This document shows, piece after piece, positions 9,007 to 18,501 of a stretch of 64,000 bases of DNA. Every line of letters begins with the position of its first letter. The first letter of the stretch is position 1. The DNA comes from an uncultured Patescibacteria group bacterium (GTDB lineage: Bacteria; Patescibacteriota; Microgenomatia; UBA1400; PJMF01). A program made the position numbers and the translations under genes. The stretch lies in NCBI GenBank assembly GCA_905478415.1, contig CAJQIG010000002.1, forward strand, positions 186,699-250,698, read 5' to 3'. Below the pieces are notes generated by a model. It ran no database searches. It was not told the DNA's origin and saw only the letters and a list, made by a program, of their open reading frames with translations.

Positions 9007-10302
9007 GTGACAAATCAAGTAGTTTGGCATGAAATCTCAGCAACTAAGTTGGCAGAAAAAATGGAAACTGGTGACTCTAACAGCGACTTACAACAGGCGC
9101 GTGGAATCAAGTATGGTCACCATACATATGGTGAAATGTATATGATTGAGCGTGAGAAATCACTTGGCCATTGGCCTCATTTCTTTGCTCAATTCTGTGC
9201 ACAACAGCAGTTGAAAGTTACTGGCAACATTACTGTTGTTGGTATCAATGATGGTCAAGAAGTGGCAGTCTTACCAGCTCGTAGTATTGTCGGTTTTGAC
9301 ATTGCTGCAGCGGCACTCGAACGTGGCCGTCAGGCATTTCCATACATTGATTTTAAATTGATGGATATCACGATTGGTGAGTTAGCGGCTAAAAATGCCG
9401 ACGTCTATCTCAGTTTCCGTACTGCCCATATTTTTTTTAATGAGCAGTTGGCTCACATTGTGAGTCAGGCTTATCGGAATTTGAAAGGCGGCGGCAAAGC
9501 TGTATTTTCAGTTCCAGGTGGCTATATGGAAGCAGATGGCACCATAGTGATTGGACAGAAAGTTGAAGGTGGTGTAAATCGCCAAAAACCTTTTGAAGAT
9601 GCCGGACGGATTGCGGAAGCAATGCGTGTTGCAGGCTTCTTAGATGTTGCAATTGTAGATCACGGTATTGAGATTTTTGTTGTTGGTTTGCGACCATGGA
9701 GTATTTTGTTTGTAAACGGCAGTCCTCGTTCAAAAGGGAACTCGGATCAACTGGTTACCTATTTGATGGGAGAAGCACAAGCGATGGGGTTTAGTCCTCA
9801 GTCTGTGAATCTTCGTTCAAAAAAACCAGCTCCGATTGCTTTTTGTACTGGGTGCGATCACTGTCACGCAGTGAAGCACAATGTCTGCGTTTTTAAAAAG
9901 GACTACTTCACGCTTGAGGTCGAACAGCGAATGCTTGATGCAGATGCTGTGTACTTGGTGAGTCCCAGCTACCAAGCTGGGGTCACTGGTTTCATGAAAA
10001 TCTTCATGGACCGGTGTGAAGTCTTCCGTAAAGGACGTTTGCTTAAGAACAAAGTATGTGGAGGAGCTGCTATCGGCGGCTATGCCGGCGGTGGGCAAGA
10101 GTCCATTTTGCATCAAATGCATTTCTTTGCACAAATCCTGGCAATGCGCTGGGTAGGTGCACATGGTAAACGTCGTTCTCACCTTGGTGGGCACCTAATC
10201 GGTTACGATAAGGGTGCTGTCATGGAAGATGAAGACGGCCTAACCAGTGCACGTAATGTGCTGGTTGAAATGCGAAGTTTATTGGAAGATATTGCAAGCT
10301 GA
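9007..10302 (+). CDS. Fusion protein: methyltransferase-like N-domain + NADPH-dependent FMN reductase / iron-sulfur flavoprotein-like C-domain
   Basis: GTG start. The C-terminal half has ILFVNGSPRSKGNSD (flavodoxin-like FMN reductase) and CTGCDHCH...C cysteine cluster. The N-terminal half has a Rossmann MTase-like fold. Confidence 0.45.
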   Translation: MTNQVVWHEISATKLAEKMETGDSNSDLQQARGIKYGHHTYGEMYMIEREKSLGHWPHFFAQFCAQQQLKVTGNITVVGINDGQEVAVLPARSIVGFDIAAAALERGRQAFPYIDFKLMDITIGELAAKNADVYLSFRTAHIFFNEQLAHIVSQAYRNLKGGGKAVFSVPGGYMEADGTIVIGQKVEGGVNRQKPFEDAGRIAEAMRVAGFLDVAIVDHGIEIFVVGLRPWSILFVNGSPRSKGNSDQLVTYLMGEAQAMGFSPQSVNLRSKKPAPIAFCTGCDHCHAVKHNVCVFKKDYFTLEVEQRMLDADAVYLVSPSYQAGVTGFMKIFMDRCEVFRKGRLLKNKVCGGAAIGGYAGGGQESILHQMHFFAQILAMRWVGAHGKRRSHLGGHLIGYDKGAVMEDEDGLTSARNVLVEMRSLLEDIAS

Positions 10303-10360
10303 ACACATTTTTTTGAAGTTATAGAATGGGCTGGGTGTTTAATAACATCCAGCCCTTTTT

Positions 10361-10783
10361 TTATTTATTTTGTAGTTTTTCAATATCTACCTTGGTTGCA
10401 ACAGAGAGGGGGAGGTGTTGAGCTTCTTCGAGATTGAACCATTGTAGTTGTGAAATTTTTGTTGGTTCAAGGATCGTTGGGGTGCCGGAACGTATAGAGC
10501 AGATAAAAGTGAGTGCTACCCAATGTTGTTTTTCGTTGGTAAGGATATGATCAATGGTGCTCAGCTGGCTCTCTACCTGTATTATTACTCCAATTTCTTC
10601 TTGTACTTCTCTGATAAGAGCTTCTTGAAGTGTTTCACCAAACTCAACGGTACCGCCAGGAATTTCCCAAGTACCACGCTCATTTTTTGCAGCTGGTCCA
10701 CGTAAGCTAAGTAGAATTTTGTTATCAGGGTCTAAGATAACTGCTCCAACCCCAACCCCAATACAGTCTGTTCCTATTTTCAT
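10361..10783 (-). CDS. NUDIX hydrolase
   Basis: Nudix box GGTVEFGETLQEALIREVQEEIGV. Confidence 0.8.
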   Translation of the reverse strand: MKIGTDCIGVGVGAVILDPDNKILLSLRGPAAKNERGTWEIPGGTVEFGETLQEALIREVQEEIGVIIQVESQLSTIDHILTNEKQHWVALTFICSIRSGTPTILEPTKISQLQWFNLEEAQHLPLSVATKVDIEKLQNK

Positions 10784-10844
10784 AGTTTTTTCTATAAAAA
10801 TGCCAGATTCATAGAATCTGGCATTTTAAATAACTTTTTTTTCT

Positions 10845-11561
10845 TTACACCTCAAAATCAACTTTAATCCCAGGACTCATGGTCGCAGAAAGAGTAGATT
10901 TAAGGACTTTTCCTTTAAGAGCAGTCATCAAAGCGTTGTAGTTTTCAACGAGTTCTTTTGTATCCATTGAAACTTTTCCAATGGTTACATGAATAACTGG
11001 TCGTTTCTTTTCTGTCTTAATGATCAGCTCACCTTTTTCAAGATCAGCCTTCTTCTGTTCTGGATTTGCAGTCACAGTACCGTTCTTTGGGTTTGGCATT
11101 AAGCCTCTTGGGCCCAAAACACGAGCGTGTTTGGCTATTTTAGGCATAAACTGTGGAGTCGTGATCAATGCATCAAAATCGATGTTGCCGGCTTCAATTT
11201 CAGCTAGGACAGCGTCATCAACGATAACTACTTTGAGTGATTTTCCAGTAGAGTGGGGAAGCGTAAGCTTGTTTTGGACTCCAGTTTCTCTGACAACTCC
11301 ATCAACAGTAATACTACCGTCGAATTTTGAGTATGAAAGTTTCTTGGTAAGTTCAATCGCAGAGAAAGCGTCGTAGATCTTGGTTTTATCGACCTGTGAA
11401 CGAGTTGCTACATACTTCTTGCTGCGAATTCGAGCAGCTTTTTTTTCTGCTTTTGGAGCAGCTGTTTCAGCATCGCTTTCTACAGCAGGTGCTTGTGTGT
11501 TTTCGACAATTTTGACCTCATCAGTGGTCGCGGACATGTCAACGTTTTTTTTCGATCCCAT
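10845..11561 (-). CDS. rplA: 50S ribosomal protein L1 with N-terminal extension
   Basis: Conserved L1 core (LGPRGLMPNPK...), 238 aa, downstream of rplK. Confidence 0.9.
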   Translation of the reverse strand: MGSKKNVDMSATTDEVKIVENTQAPAVESDAETAAPKAEKKAARIRSKKYVATRSQVDKTKIYDAFSAIELTKKLSYSKFDGSITVDGVVRETGVQNKLTLPHSTGKSLKVVIVDDAVLAEIEAGNIDFDALITTPQFMPKIAKHARVLGPRGLMPNPKNGTVTANPEQKKADLEKGELIIKTEKKRPVIHVTIGKVSMDTKELVENYNALMTALKGKVLKSTLSATMSPGIKVDFEV

Positions 11562-11616
11562 GGTATCTCCTTAATTCCGTCAAAGCGGGGTATAAGTAAT
11601 TAATACTTTTCGTGCA

Positions 11617-11668
11617 TTGCACCTCTTTTATTCATCTGCTATCGCCAGGCTGAACAAAAGAGGTGCAA
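11617..11668 (-). promoter_or_regulatory. Candidate L1-binding autoregulatory hairpin in the rplK-rplA intergenic region
   Basis: 13 bp perfect inverted repeat TTGCACCTCTTTT / AAAAGAGGTGCAA enclosing a 25 nt loop, on the mRNA between rplK and rplA. Confidence 0.25.
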
Positions 11669-11690
11669 GGTACTCTTTTTCTTCTTACAA

Positions 11691-12116
11691 TTACTCAGCA
11701 ATGGCAACACCCATACTTCGGGCTGCACCCTTGACTGAGTTCATAGCTGCTTCAACATCATTGGTGTTGAGGTCAGGTAGTTTTTCAGTAGCGATAGCTC
11801 GAACTTGATCCATTGTTAGGGTTCCCACTGAGTTGCGACCTGGAGTTTGACTTCCAGATTTGAGTTTGAGCACTTGCTTGATCATAGCTGATACTGGAGG
11901 TAGTTTGAGTTCGTATGTGAATGAACGGTCTGCATAGACAGTGATTTCAGCAGGAATAGTTTGACCTTTTTTGTCTTGAGTAGCAGCATTATACTGCTTC
12001 AAGAAGTCCATCATGTTGATTCCAGCTTGACCAAGAATAGGTCCCACTGGAGGAGCTGGAGTTGCGGTACCAGCTGGAAGATTAAGTTTGAGTTTGTTAA
12101 TTATTTTTTTTGCCAT
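11691..12116 (-). CDS. rplK: 50S ribosomal protein L11
   Basis: 141 aa, conserved PPVGPILGQ ... motif. Confidence 0.9.
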   Translation of the reverse strand: MAKKIINKLKLNLPAGTATPAPPVGPILGQAGINMMDFLKQYNAATQDKKGQTIPAEITVYADRSFTYELKLPPVSAMIKQVLKLKSGSQTPGRNSVGTLTMDQVRAIATEKLPDLNTNDVEAAMNSVKGAARSMGVAIAE

Positions 12117-12136
12117 ACGTTGCTTTTATATTATTC

Positions 12137-12748
12137 TTATACTTTCTTTACTTGGAGGAAATCGAGGGTAACTGGAGTCTCACGACCGAAAATGTTAACC
12201 AGGACTTCGACTTGACCTTTTTCTTCATTAATTGCATTGACTGTTCCGAGGAAGTCGTTGAACGGACCATCGACAATGCGGACCGCTTCGCCTTCGACAT
12301 AATCTGCCTTGTATGAAGGAGCAGCTTGAGTCATGTACTTCATGATGGCTTTGACTTCATGCTTAGGAAGAGCAGTTGGTTTGTTACCAACTCCAACGAA
12401 ACCAGTGACTCCTTGAGTGGTGCGAACAGCTAACCAAGAATCATCTGTGAGTTCCATGTTAACTAACATGTACCCAGGGAAGATTTTTTCGCTGACAGTT
12501 TTTCGAGTTCCGCGTTTGATCTGAATTTTTTCTTGGGTTGGAATCAAAATTCCGAGAATTTTACCAGTTAAGTTCAAAGTTTCGACACGTTGCTTGAGGG
12601 CTTCAGCTACTTTGTTCTCGTGACCAGAGTAGGCGTGAACGACATACCAACGAGCCTTGCGGTTTTCGGCTTCCGAAACAACAATTAAGTTTGGGGTTTG
12701 CACCTTAACTTCTTGAACTTCTGGTGGTGTCATTGTTTGATCTGTCAT
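12137..12748 (-). CDS. nusG: Transcription antitermination factor NusG
   Basis: NGN domain (RWYVVHAYSGHENKV) + C-terminal KOW (VRIVDGPFNDFLGTV). Confidence 0.9.
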   Translation of the reverse strand: MTDQTMTPPEVQEVKVQTPNLIVVSEAENRKARWYVVHAYSGHENKVAEALKQRVETLNLTGKILGILIPTQEKIQIKRGTRKTVSEKIFPGYMLVNMELTDDSWLAVRTTQGVTGFVGVGNKPTALPKHEVKAIMKYMTQAAPSYKADYVEGEAVRIVDGPFNDFLGTVNAINEEKGQVEVLVNIFGRETPVTLDFLQVKKV

Positions 12749-12782
12749 ATATTTTCTTTTTAGCTACAACTCCGGGCAGCAG

Positions 12783-12980
12783 TTATACCAATACAGCGAG
12801 TAATTTTGAGAAGATAAAATCTAATACTCCAATGTACAAACCAATTAAAATACTGACGCTGAGAACCAAGATTGTCTTTTCTTGTGTCTGTTCTCTTGAA
12901 GGCCAAGAAACCTTTTTGATTTCGCGGGTTACTTCCTTAAAGTACGTTGCAGGTTTGAACATAGGCAAGTATTGTAACAA
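12783..12980 (-). CDS. secE: Preprotein translocase subunit SecE
   Basis: 65 aa, single C-terminal TM helix, in the conserved position upstream of nusG. Confidence 0.7.
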   Translation of the reverse strand: MLQYLPMFKPATYFKEVTREIKKVSWPSREQTQEKTILVLSVSILIGLYIGVLDFIFSKLLAVLV

Positions 12981-13022
12981 AAAAGATCAATTTTTGAAAT
13001 ACCCTAACTTAACGGGGCTTTT

Positions 13023-14753
13023 TTATGATTTATTTGTTGGGACTGTGGGACCACTTGGTGGAGTAATACCCTTACTTTTTACTCGTTCCATCATGCTGGA
13101 GGCAGGTTTTGACTCAGTCGCACTTGCTTGAGCAGGAGCTTGTGTAGCAGCAACCTGTTTTTCCAATGTTGCTTGGGTTGGCATACTTGCGGTTGGTGTT
13201 GTCATGCTGCGAGCAGTGGTTAATGGAGTCTCGATGTTTTGTCGTTTCTCAATATCTTGGGGTGCTGCTGGCTTTGTTGCAGGCGTAACTGGTGTTCCAG
13301 AGCTTTTTTTATTGCCGAGGGCTTTCTTTATAAGTAGCACAATCAGCGCTAGTATAAAGAGTCCGATGCCAGCTCCAATAACAATCAGTGGCAAGGCCGA
13401 ATCTGGTGTGCTCATCATCTGACGAAGGAGGTCGAGAGCACTTTCATTCTCAGCCAATGGAATATTTTCAAGAGTATCTGCTTTTTCCATACCAGGAATG
13501 ACGTTCTCTTGCTCAGGCGTGGTCTCTGTAGTTTCTGTTGTGGCTTCTTCTGTTGCATCGGTGGTTGTTTCTGCAATTTCAGCAGGTTTTCCAGTGTTCT
13601 CTGATTGTGAGTCTGCGCCCTTAGGAGCACTGTAGGTAGTAGAAATAATTGCAACTGTTGAAGGAGTGCAGCTGGTACTACTGACGTTTGTTGCCAGGCG
13701 GCAAGCTCCTTGATAACAGCGAAGATTGATGTCACAGTCGTCATTTGTCGAACAAGCAGTGTTACAGCTTAACGCTAAGTTTTCTTCTTCTTCTGTAGTG
13801 AGCGCAGTACAAGCTGTGTCCTCTGTATTTTGTGGATCTCGGCATTTATTATTCCAGCAGAAGAGGCCATCTTGGCATTCATTAGTGGTGGCACAGCCTT
13901 GGTTACAAGAGTACTCTGGGCCAGATACTGTGGTACTACATTGGTTGTTTGTTGGATTAATGGCTAAGCGACAGACACTTTTTTCACCTAAATCGTAGCA
14001 GCGTTGGTTAATACCGCACTCATCATTACTTGAACAATTGTCATTACAACTGACAACTTCGATGCCCCCAACTGCAGGTGATGGAGAAGGTGACGGAGAG
14101 ACATCTGGTGATGCTGATGGAGAAGGAGAGGGGCTCACTTCTGGATCATCGCTTGGTTCTTCGTTAACAGTTAGGGTGAGTGAAGGCACGTGCTTGAGTT
14201 TGTCCTCGAGAGGATTGCTTCCGTGGAGAATAGAGATTGATTCTTCACGATCAAAGTTAAAAGTAATGGTCCCTGCTTGCGTAGGAATGAAGCTGACTCT
14301 TAGAAAGGCCGCTGGTTCAGCGGTGGTAAATGGTTGTCCAATTTGGGCAGGAAGAGCGAGCGCTTGCACTAGGAAGCCATCTTGCGTACGTTCAACTTGT
14401 GTACCTGCTGCTTGTAGACCAGTGCCAGTAATGACATCGGCAGTGAGCGTATCAAAACTGTCTGAGATAACGTTAAAGAGAACTTGGATTCCATCCGTGG
14501 GGACTGAGTGGGTAGTGACTTTGAAGACAACCTCAGTTTCTTGACCAACAGTAATCTTGGTTCCAGGGGTAACCGTGTTTGAAATTTCGACAACGCCGTT
14601 ATCGATTGATGCTTGTCTTCGAATATCTTGAGGGTTTTGCAGAGGGGCTTGCACAAGGAGCAGGCCGACAACACTAAAAGCTACCGTCAAAACAGCCAGC
14701 AGGACGCCAGTTGTTGATGGTTTTTGAAGAAATGATTTTGTTGTCTTTTTCAT
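13023..14753 (-). CDS. Cell-surface protein with SP-dipeptide linker, three cysteine-rich repeats and a C-terminal TM anchor + cytoplasmic tail
   Basis: N-terminal signal/TM helix, SPSPSPSASPDVSPSPSPSP linker, three copies of C..C..NDECG/DCDIN..RCY..C(R)LA and a TM segment LPLIVIGAGIGLFILALIVLLI. Confidence 0.55.
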   Translation of the reverse strand: MKKTTKSFLQKPSTTGVLLAVLTVAFSVVGLLLVQAPLQNPQDIRRQASIDNGVVEISNTVTPGTKITVGQETEVVFKVTTHSVPTDGIQVLFNVISDSFDTLTADVITGTGLQAAGTQVERTQDGFLVQALALPAQIGQPFTTAEPAAFLRVSFIPTQAGTITFNFDREESISILHGSNPLEDKLKHVPSLTLTVNEEPSDDPEVSPSPSPSASPDVSPSPSPSPAVGGIEVVSCNDNCSSNDECGINQRCYDLGEKSVCRLAINPTNNQCSTTVSGPEYSCNQGCATTNECQDGLFCWNNKCRDPQNTEDTACTALTTEEEENLALSCNTACSTNDDCDINLRCYQGACRLATNVSSTSCTPSTVAIISTTYSAPKGADSQSENTGKPAEIAETTTDATEEATTETTETTPEQENVIPGMEKADTLENIPLAENESALDLLRQMMSTPDSALPLIVIGAGIGLFILALIVLLIKKALGNKKSSGTPVTPATKPAAPQDIEKRQNIETPLTTARSMTTPTASMPTQATLEKQVAATQAPAQASATESKPASSMMERVKSKGITPPSGPTVPTNKS

Positions 14754-14768
14754 AGGTGCCGATACTCC

Positions 14769-15743
14769 TTATTGAGTTACTGTGAATTTTCCTGCCATGA
14801 TTGAGTAATCTTTAATGTCTACACTCGAGTCGCAGTTTATATCTGCGGTAAGCATACTATTCCGAGTTAAGAATTCTCGACTTAAAATAGCAAAGTCTCT
14901 CAGGTCCACTTTTCCATCCGTATTGAGGTCTGGATTGTTAGCACATTTTTTAGCATCAAAGGTGTGTTGGTGTTTATTGTTGTCGTAGTTTGTTTCTTGG
15001 ATGATGGTTTCTCCATGGGTATCAACAGTATCAATACTGAAGAGAAAACGGTTTCTTTCCTGAGCTACGAAAGATCCGGAAAGTTTAGTCATGTAGCCAT
15101 CTTGGTGAGCAGTGAGCATGTTGTAGAAGACAAGATCTCCCGTTTTGTTTCGATTTGATGTGAGTGATACAAAAAAACTTGGAAGTTGTTCAGTGGGACC
15201 TTTCACCAGGTTTTGTAGAGCTACATCGACGCTGAAATAGTAGGTTTTACCAGTCATGAGTTCAGATTCTGGGACTTCGTCAGTGAGAGCTTCATCAAAA
15301 AAGAAGGTTGGGGTATCGAGTTGAGTAGTATCAGTGAAGAAAATATCTTCAATTGGCTGGGTGCAAACAATAATGGGATCACAAGGAGCGGCAAAACACT
15401 CAACCTGTTGGTATCGACATCCAGGAGGAAGTTCGCAGATTCTACGGCTTGCACAACTGCCTTCAGTCAAAGCACCTTCTGTCTCAAGACACACATCTAG
15501 GTTTTGGCACGGTTCTATAACTTCATCTCTAGAAACGGCAACAGTTGCAGTACTAGCATCGGAGCGTACATCGACGGACTTATTTGATTGAAGATCCTGA
15601 AGTACAAAAAATGATCCGATAATACCAGCTACAACTAAGAAGATACTAAATCCAAACAACGCGCCACTGAGTCCATTAGAAAGTCGAGTCAGAGGAGAGT
15701 TCGATAAAGATGTAGTTTTGTGCATAAAAGGCAAACTAGGCAT
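14769..15743 (-). CDS. Membrane-anchored protein with C-terminal dockerin-like (type I, duplicated D.N.DG.VD) repeats
   Basis: N-terminal TM helix. C-terminus carries DLNTDGKVDLRDFAIL and DINCDSSVDIKDYSIM repeat pairs. Confidence 0.5.
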   Translation of the reverse strand: MPSLPFMHKTTSLSNSPLTRLSNGLSGALFGFSIFLVVAGIIGSFFVLQDLQSNKSVDVRSDASTATVAVSRDEVIEPCQNLDVCLETEGALTEGSCASRRICELPPGCRYQQVECFAAPCDPIIVCTQPIEDIFFTDTTQLDTPTFFFDEALTDEVPESELMTGKTYYFSVDVALQNLVKGPTEQLPSFFVSLTSNRNKTGDLVFYNMLTAHQDGYMTKLSGSFVAQERNRFLFSIDTVDTHGETIIQETNYDNNKHQHTFDAKKCANNPDLNTDGKVDLRDFAILSREFLTRNSMLTADINCDSSVDIKDYSIMAGKFTVTQ

Positions 15744-15929
15744 ACTATGTAATAGACTGCATATACATAGTATCGAATTTTTGGCATCTTGTTTAGTCTG
15801 AATTTTTGTCGAGAGAGTATTGGGTGGGAAAAATGTTACAATGTATGAAGAAGTGTGATACTTTTAAGTATAGTGTAAAATGAAATAGTTAAAGACTATT
15901 ATTTTGCGTAACAATAAAAAGGAGAGCAT

Positions 15930-16814
15930 ATGACCGAACATCCAGTTAGAAAAGCCATTATCACTGATGCTGGTTTTGCCAGCCGATATCTTCCCATTAC
16001 TAAATCAGTGCCAAAAGGTATGTTACCACTTGGGAACAAACCAATTATGCAGTTTATGGTTGAGGAATGCGCTGAAGCGGGGATCGAAGAGATTATCATT
16101 GTGGCTACCCCAGAAGGAAAGCCAGTCTACGAAGATTACTTCAACAACAGTGTCAACAGAATTCGTAAGCAGCTAGCTGCTCAAGGCAAAGAAGATCGAT
16201 ACGAACCGGTGCAACATGTGCTTAATTTTCCAAAAATTGTAGTGATTACTCAAGACGAGAGTTTGCCATATGGGAATGGTTCTCCAGTAGCTTCTGCTCA
16301 AAAATTTGTCGAAGGAGAAGAAGCCTTTTTAGTTATGTACAGTGATGATGTCCTGTTTGGCGATCAAGGTGATGCTAAGACAATGGTTGATTTGTACGAA
16401 GCCAATCCAGACGTAGCCGGCATTATTATGTCTCAGGCAGTCAGCCCTAAAGTGGTTGATAAATATGGAATTATCACCTTTAAAGATGGATCTGATACAG
16501 ATCTCGACTTTATTGTTGAGAAACCTGATAAAGGAACAGAACCATCTCTCTTAGCTTCGTATGGACGATATTTGTTAACTCCAGCAGTGTTGCAATATCT
16601 TGTTCCAACAAATACTGGTAAGGATAATGAACTCTGGACTGTAGATGCAATTACCCAGGTTTCAAAAACAAAACGAATTTTAGTTGGTAAGACAAAAGGT
16701 GAGTGGATGACCACCGGTGATCCTGAAAATTACTTCAAGGCCCACCTTAAGTTTGTGCTTAATAACGAGAAGTATGGTTCAAAGGTGTCAGAGTGGGTCA
16801 AAGAGTTGGCCTAG
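15930..16814 (+). CDS. galU: UTP--glucose-1-phosphate uridylyltransferase
   Basis: KAIITDAGFASRYLPITKSVPKGMLPLGNKPIMQFMVEE matches the GalU N-terminal signature. Confidence 0.85.
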   Translation: MTEHPVRKAIITDAGFASRYLPITKSVPKGMLPLGNKPIMQFMVEECAEAGIEEIIIVATPEGKPVYEDYFNNSVNRIRKQLAAQGKEDRYEPVQHVLNFPKIVVITQDESLPYGNGSPVASAQKFVEGEEAFLVMYSDDVLFGDQGDAKTMVDLYEANPDVAGIIMSQAVSPKVVDKYGIITFKDGSDTDLDFIVEKPDKGTEPSLLASYGRYLLTPAVLQYLVPTNTGKDNELWTVDAITQVSKTKRILVGKTKGEWMTTGDPENYFKAHLKFVLNNEKYGSKVSEWVKELA

Positions 16815-17255
16815 TTTGAGATTTTTGATCATCTTTTGAGATGCTTTGGATAGTTGTATACTGAACCTATTCAAGCAATTGAAGAACATTAATAAACAGT
16901 CCTGTGTGAGAGGTGCGAGTTTTCCCGAATAATTCACGTACGGGTTTATGGATGTTGAAATGCTCTGTGGAGTACTTCACTTCCTACCCACTTTAGTTCC
17001 TGTGGGAATTAGATGCCTCTCACGCAGGGCTGTTTTGTAGTTTAAAGAGACAAGTGTTTGATCTCTATTTAATTCTCAAGGACAACTTGATTTGCATCTT
17101 CAAAAACTTCGTGATGAATTCTTCGATACATAGATTTTAAGCGGGTAAATTACTTCAATTTACAATTGAGTCCTATATGTTATAATATAGGTGCTTAAAC
17201 ATAGTAATTATGTCCGGATTCTTATCTGGCATACCGTTCCTTAAAGGAGAAAACA

Positions 17256-17546
17256 GTGGTTACACCAAATCATTTAGATGTCACAGAAGTTGTTAAAACA
17301 GAAGGTGGTTTTCTAGCAACAAAATCAGTGAAAACCGTTTCGATTACCAACAATCATCAAACTGAGTCAGTTTCAGTAAGGTATTGTCATCACAATGTGA
17401 TGTCGCATTACAGCTACGGAAGCATCCCTCAACAAATAATCTGGCTTACTCCAGGTTTTAGCGTTGATATAATTATGGATCACGACGGCTCCATCGAGAT
17501 ATTCGGAAGTGGGATGCCAGTCAAGTTGATAACTCACTCGACCTAA
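17256..17546 (+). CDS. Hypothetical small protein
   Basis: 96 aa ORF with an upstream -35/-10-like TTTACA-N16-TATAAT and RBS AAAGGAG. Confidence 0.35.
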   Translation: MVTPNHLDVTEVVKTEGGFLATKSVKTVSITNNHQTESVSVRYCHHNVMSHYSYGSIPQQIIWLTPGFSVDIIMDHDGSIEIFGSGMPVKLITHST

Positions 17547-17574
17547 TACCTTAGTTTTTATGTTTAATGTACAA

Positions 17575-17602
17575 AGCGCCATTTTTTATGGCGCTTTTTT
17601 TT
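17575..17602 (+). terminator. Rho-independent terminator
   Basis: AGCGCCAT-ttttt-ATGGCGCT followed by T8. Confidence 0.6.
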
Positions 17603-17742
17603 GAGGCAATAGACATGCAGGGTGTAGGGGAAACGCTAGGGTACTTTTGGTTACTATTTTATTGAATTGAGATTTAGTAAGCTATGTAGTACACTACATG
17701 TCTTGTACTTGGTACAATGAGAGTTGTAGTGCGTCTAGATTT

Positions 17743-17815
17743 GCCGAAGTGGCTCAGTGGTAGAGCACCATCTTGGTAAGATGGGGGTCACGGGTTCGAT
17801 TCCCGTCTTCGGCTC
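17743..17815 (+). tRNA. tRNA-Thr (anticodon GGT)
   Basis: Cloverleaf with acceptor GCCGAAG/CTTCGGC, anticodon loop TTGGTAA and T-loop GGTTCGATTCC. Confidence 0.9.
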
Positions 17816-17941
17816 AGAGTGGGTAGTTAACTTGAAAAGTTGCCGATTTGCTCAAGATCAAACTATGTCGAGGTGATATAATTTGTGAAGGTTTCTGGAT
17901 GAATAGTGCAGAGATTTTGTTTTTTAATGTCTTTGAAAGAT

Positions 17942-18023
17942 GCCAGGTTACTCAAGCGGTCAACGAGGACAGACTGTAAATCTGTTGGCTCAGCCTTCGT
18001 AGGTTCGAATCCTACACCTGGCA
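17942..18023 (+). tRNA. tRNA-Tyr (anticodon GTA), long variable arm
   Basis: Acceptor GCCAGGT/ACCTGGC, anticodon loop CTGTAAA, T-loop GGTTCGAATCC. Confidence 0.9.
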
Positions 18024-18041
18024 CAACTATAATAGTAAGGT

Positions 18042-18115
18042 GCCACCTTAGCTCAGTTGGTTAGAGCGACGGTTTTGTAAACCGTAGGTCCAGGGTTCGA
18101 ATCCCTGAGGTGGCT
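18042..18115 (+). tRNA. tRNA-Thr (anticodon TGT)
   Basis: Acceptor GCCACCT/AGGTGGC, anticodon loop TTTGTAA, T-loop GGTTCGAATCC. Confidence 0.9.
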
Positions 18116-18192
18116 CAAGCATTTTGACTGGCGTATTTACGCATGGTCATTCGTTTGATATAATACCCGTCTGAAAAGAAAAGAAAGTTAGT

Positions 18193-18393
18193 ATGGCAAG
18201 CAAGAAAAAAGGTCCACGACAACACGTCGGCTTGAAGTGTAAAGAATGTAACGCTTTTGGGTACGTGACCGCATTTAATAAAAATAATGAACAACTTAAG
18301 AAACAAGCAGGAGGTTCTACTTTCCCGCTGAACAAGTACTGCAAAAAGTGTCGCAAGCACACGGAGCATGTACAGTCTAAGAAACTTAAGTAA
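18193..18393 (+). CDS. rpmG: 50S ribosomal protein L33 (with internal insertion)
   Basis: C..C...Y.T..NK.N ... KYC..C.KHT.H zinc-ribbon pattern. An extended -10 TGATATAAT lies upstream. Confidence 0.75.
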   Translation: MASKKKGPRQHVGLKCKECNAFGYVTAFNKNNEQLKKQAGGSTFPLNKYCKKCRKHTEHVQSKKLK

Positions 18394-18418
18394 TCGTTTC
18401 ACCTACATAAAAATTGAG

Positions 18419-18445
18419 AACCGCACTGAAAAGTGCGGTTTTTTG
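18419..18445 (+). terminator. rpmG terminator
   Basis: AACCGCAC-tgaaaa-GTGCGGTT followed by TTTT. Confidence 0.6.
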
Positions 18446-18501
18446 TACTGAAAAATAGTAGTAACATCCCATATGATATAATAGGAGTCTTAAATGAGTA
18501 C

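Noticed and set aside
14038-14544. Plus-strand ORF of 168 aa
   Set aside because: Lies entirely antisense within the 576 aa surface-protein gene, is low-complexity and has no RBS. Likely spurious.
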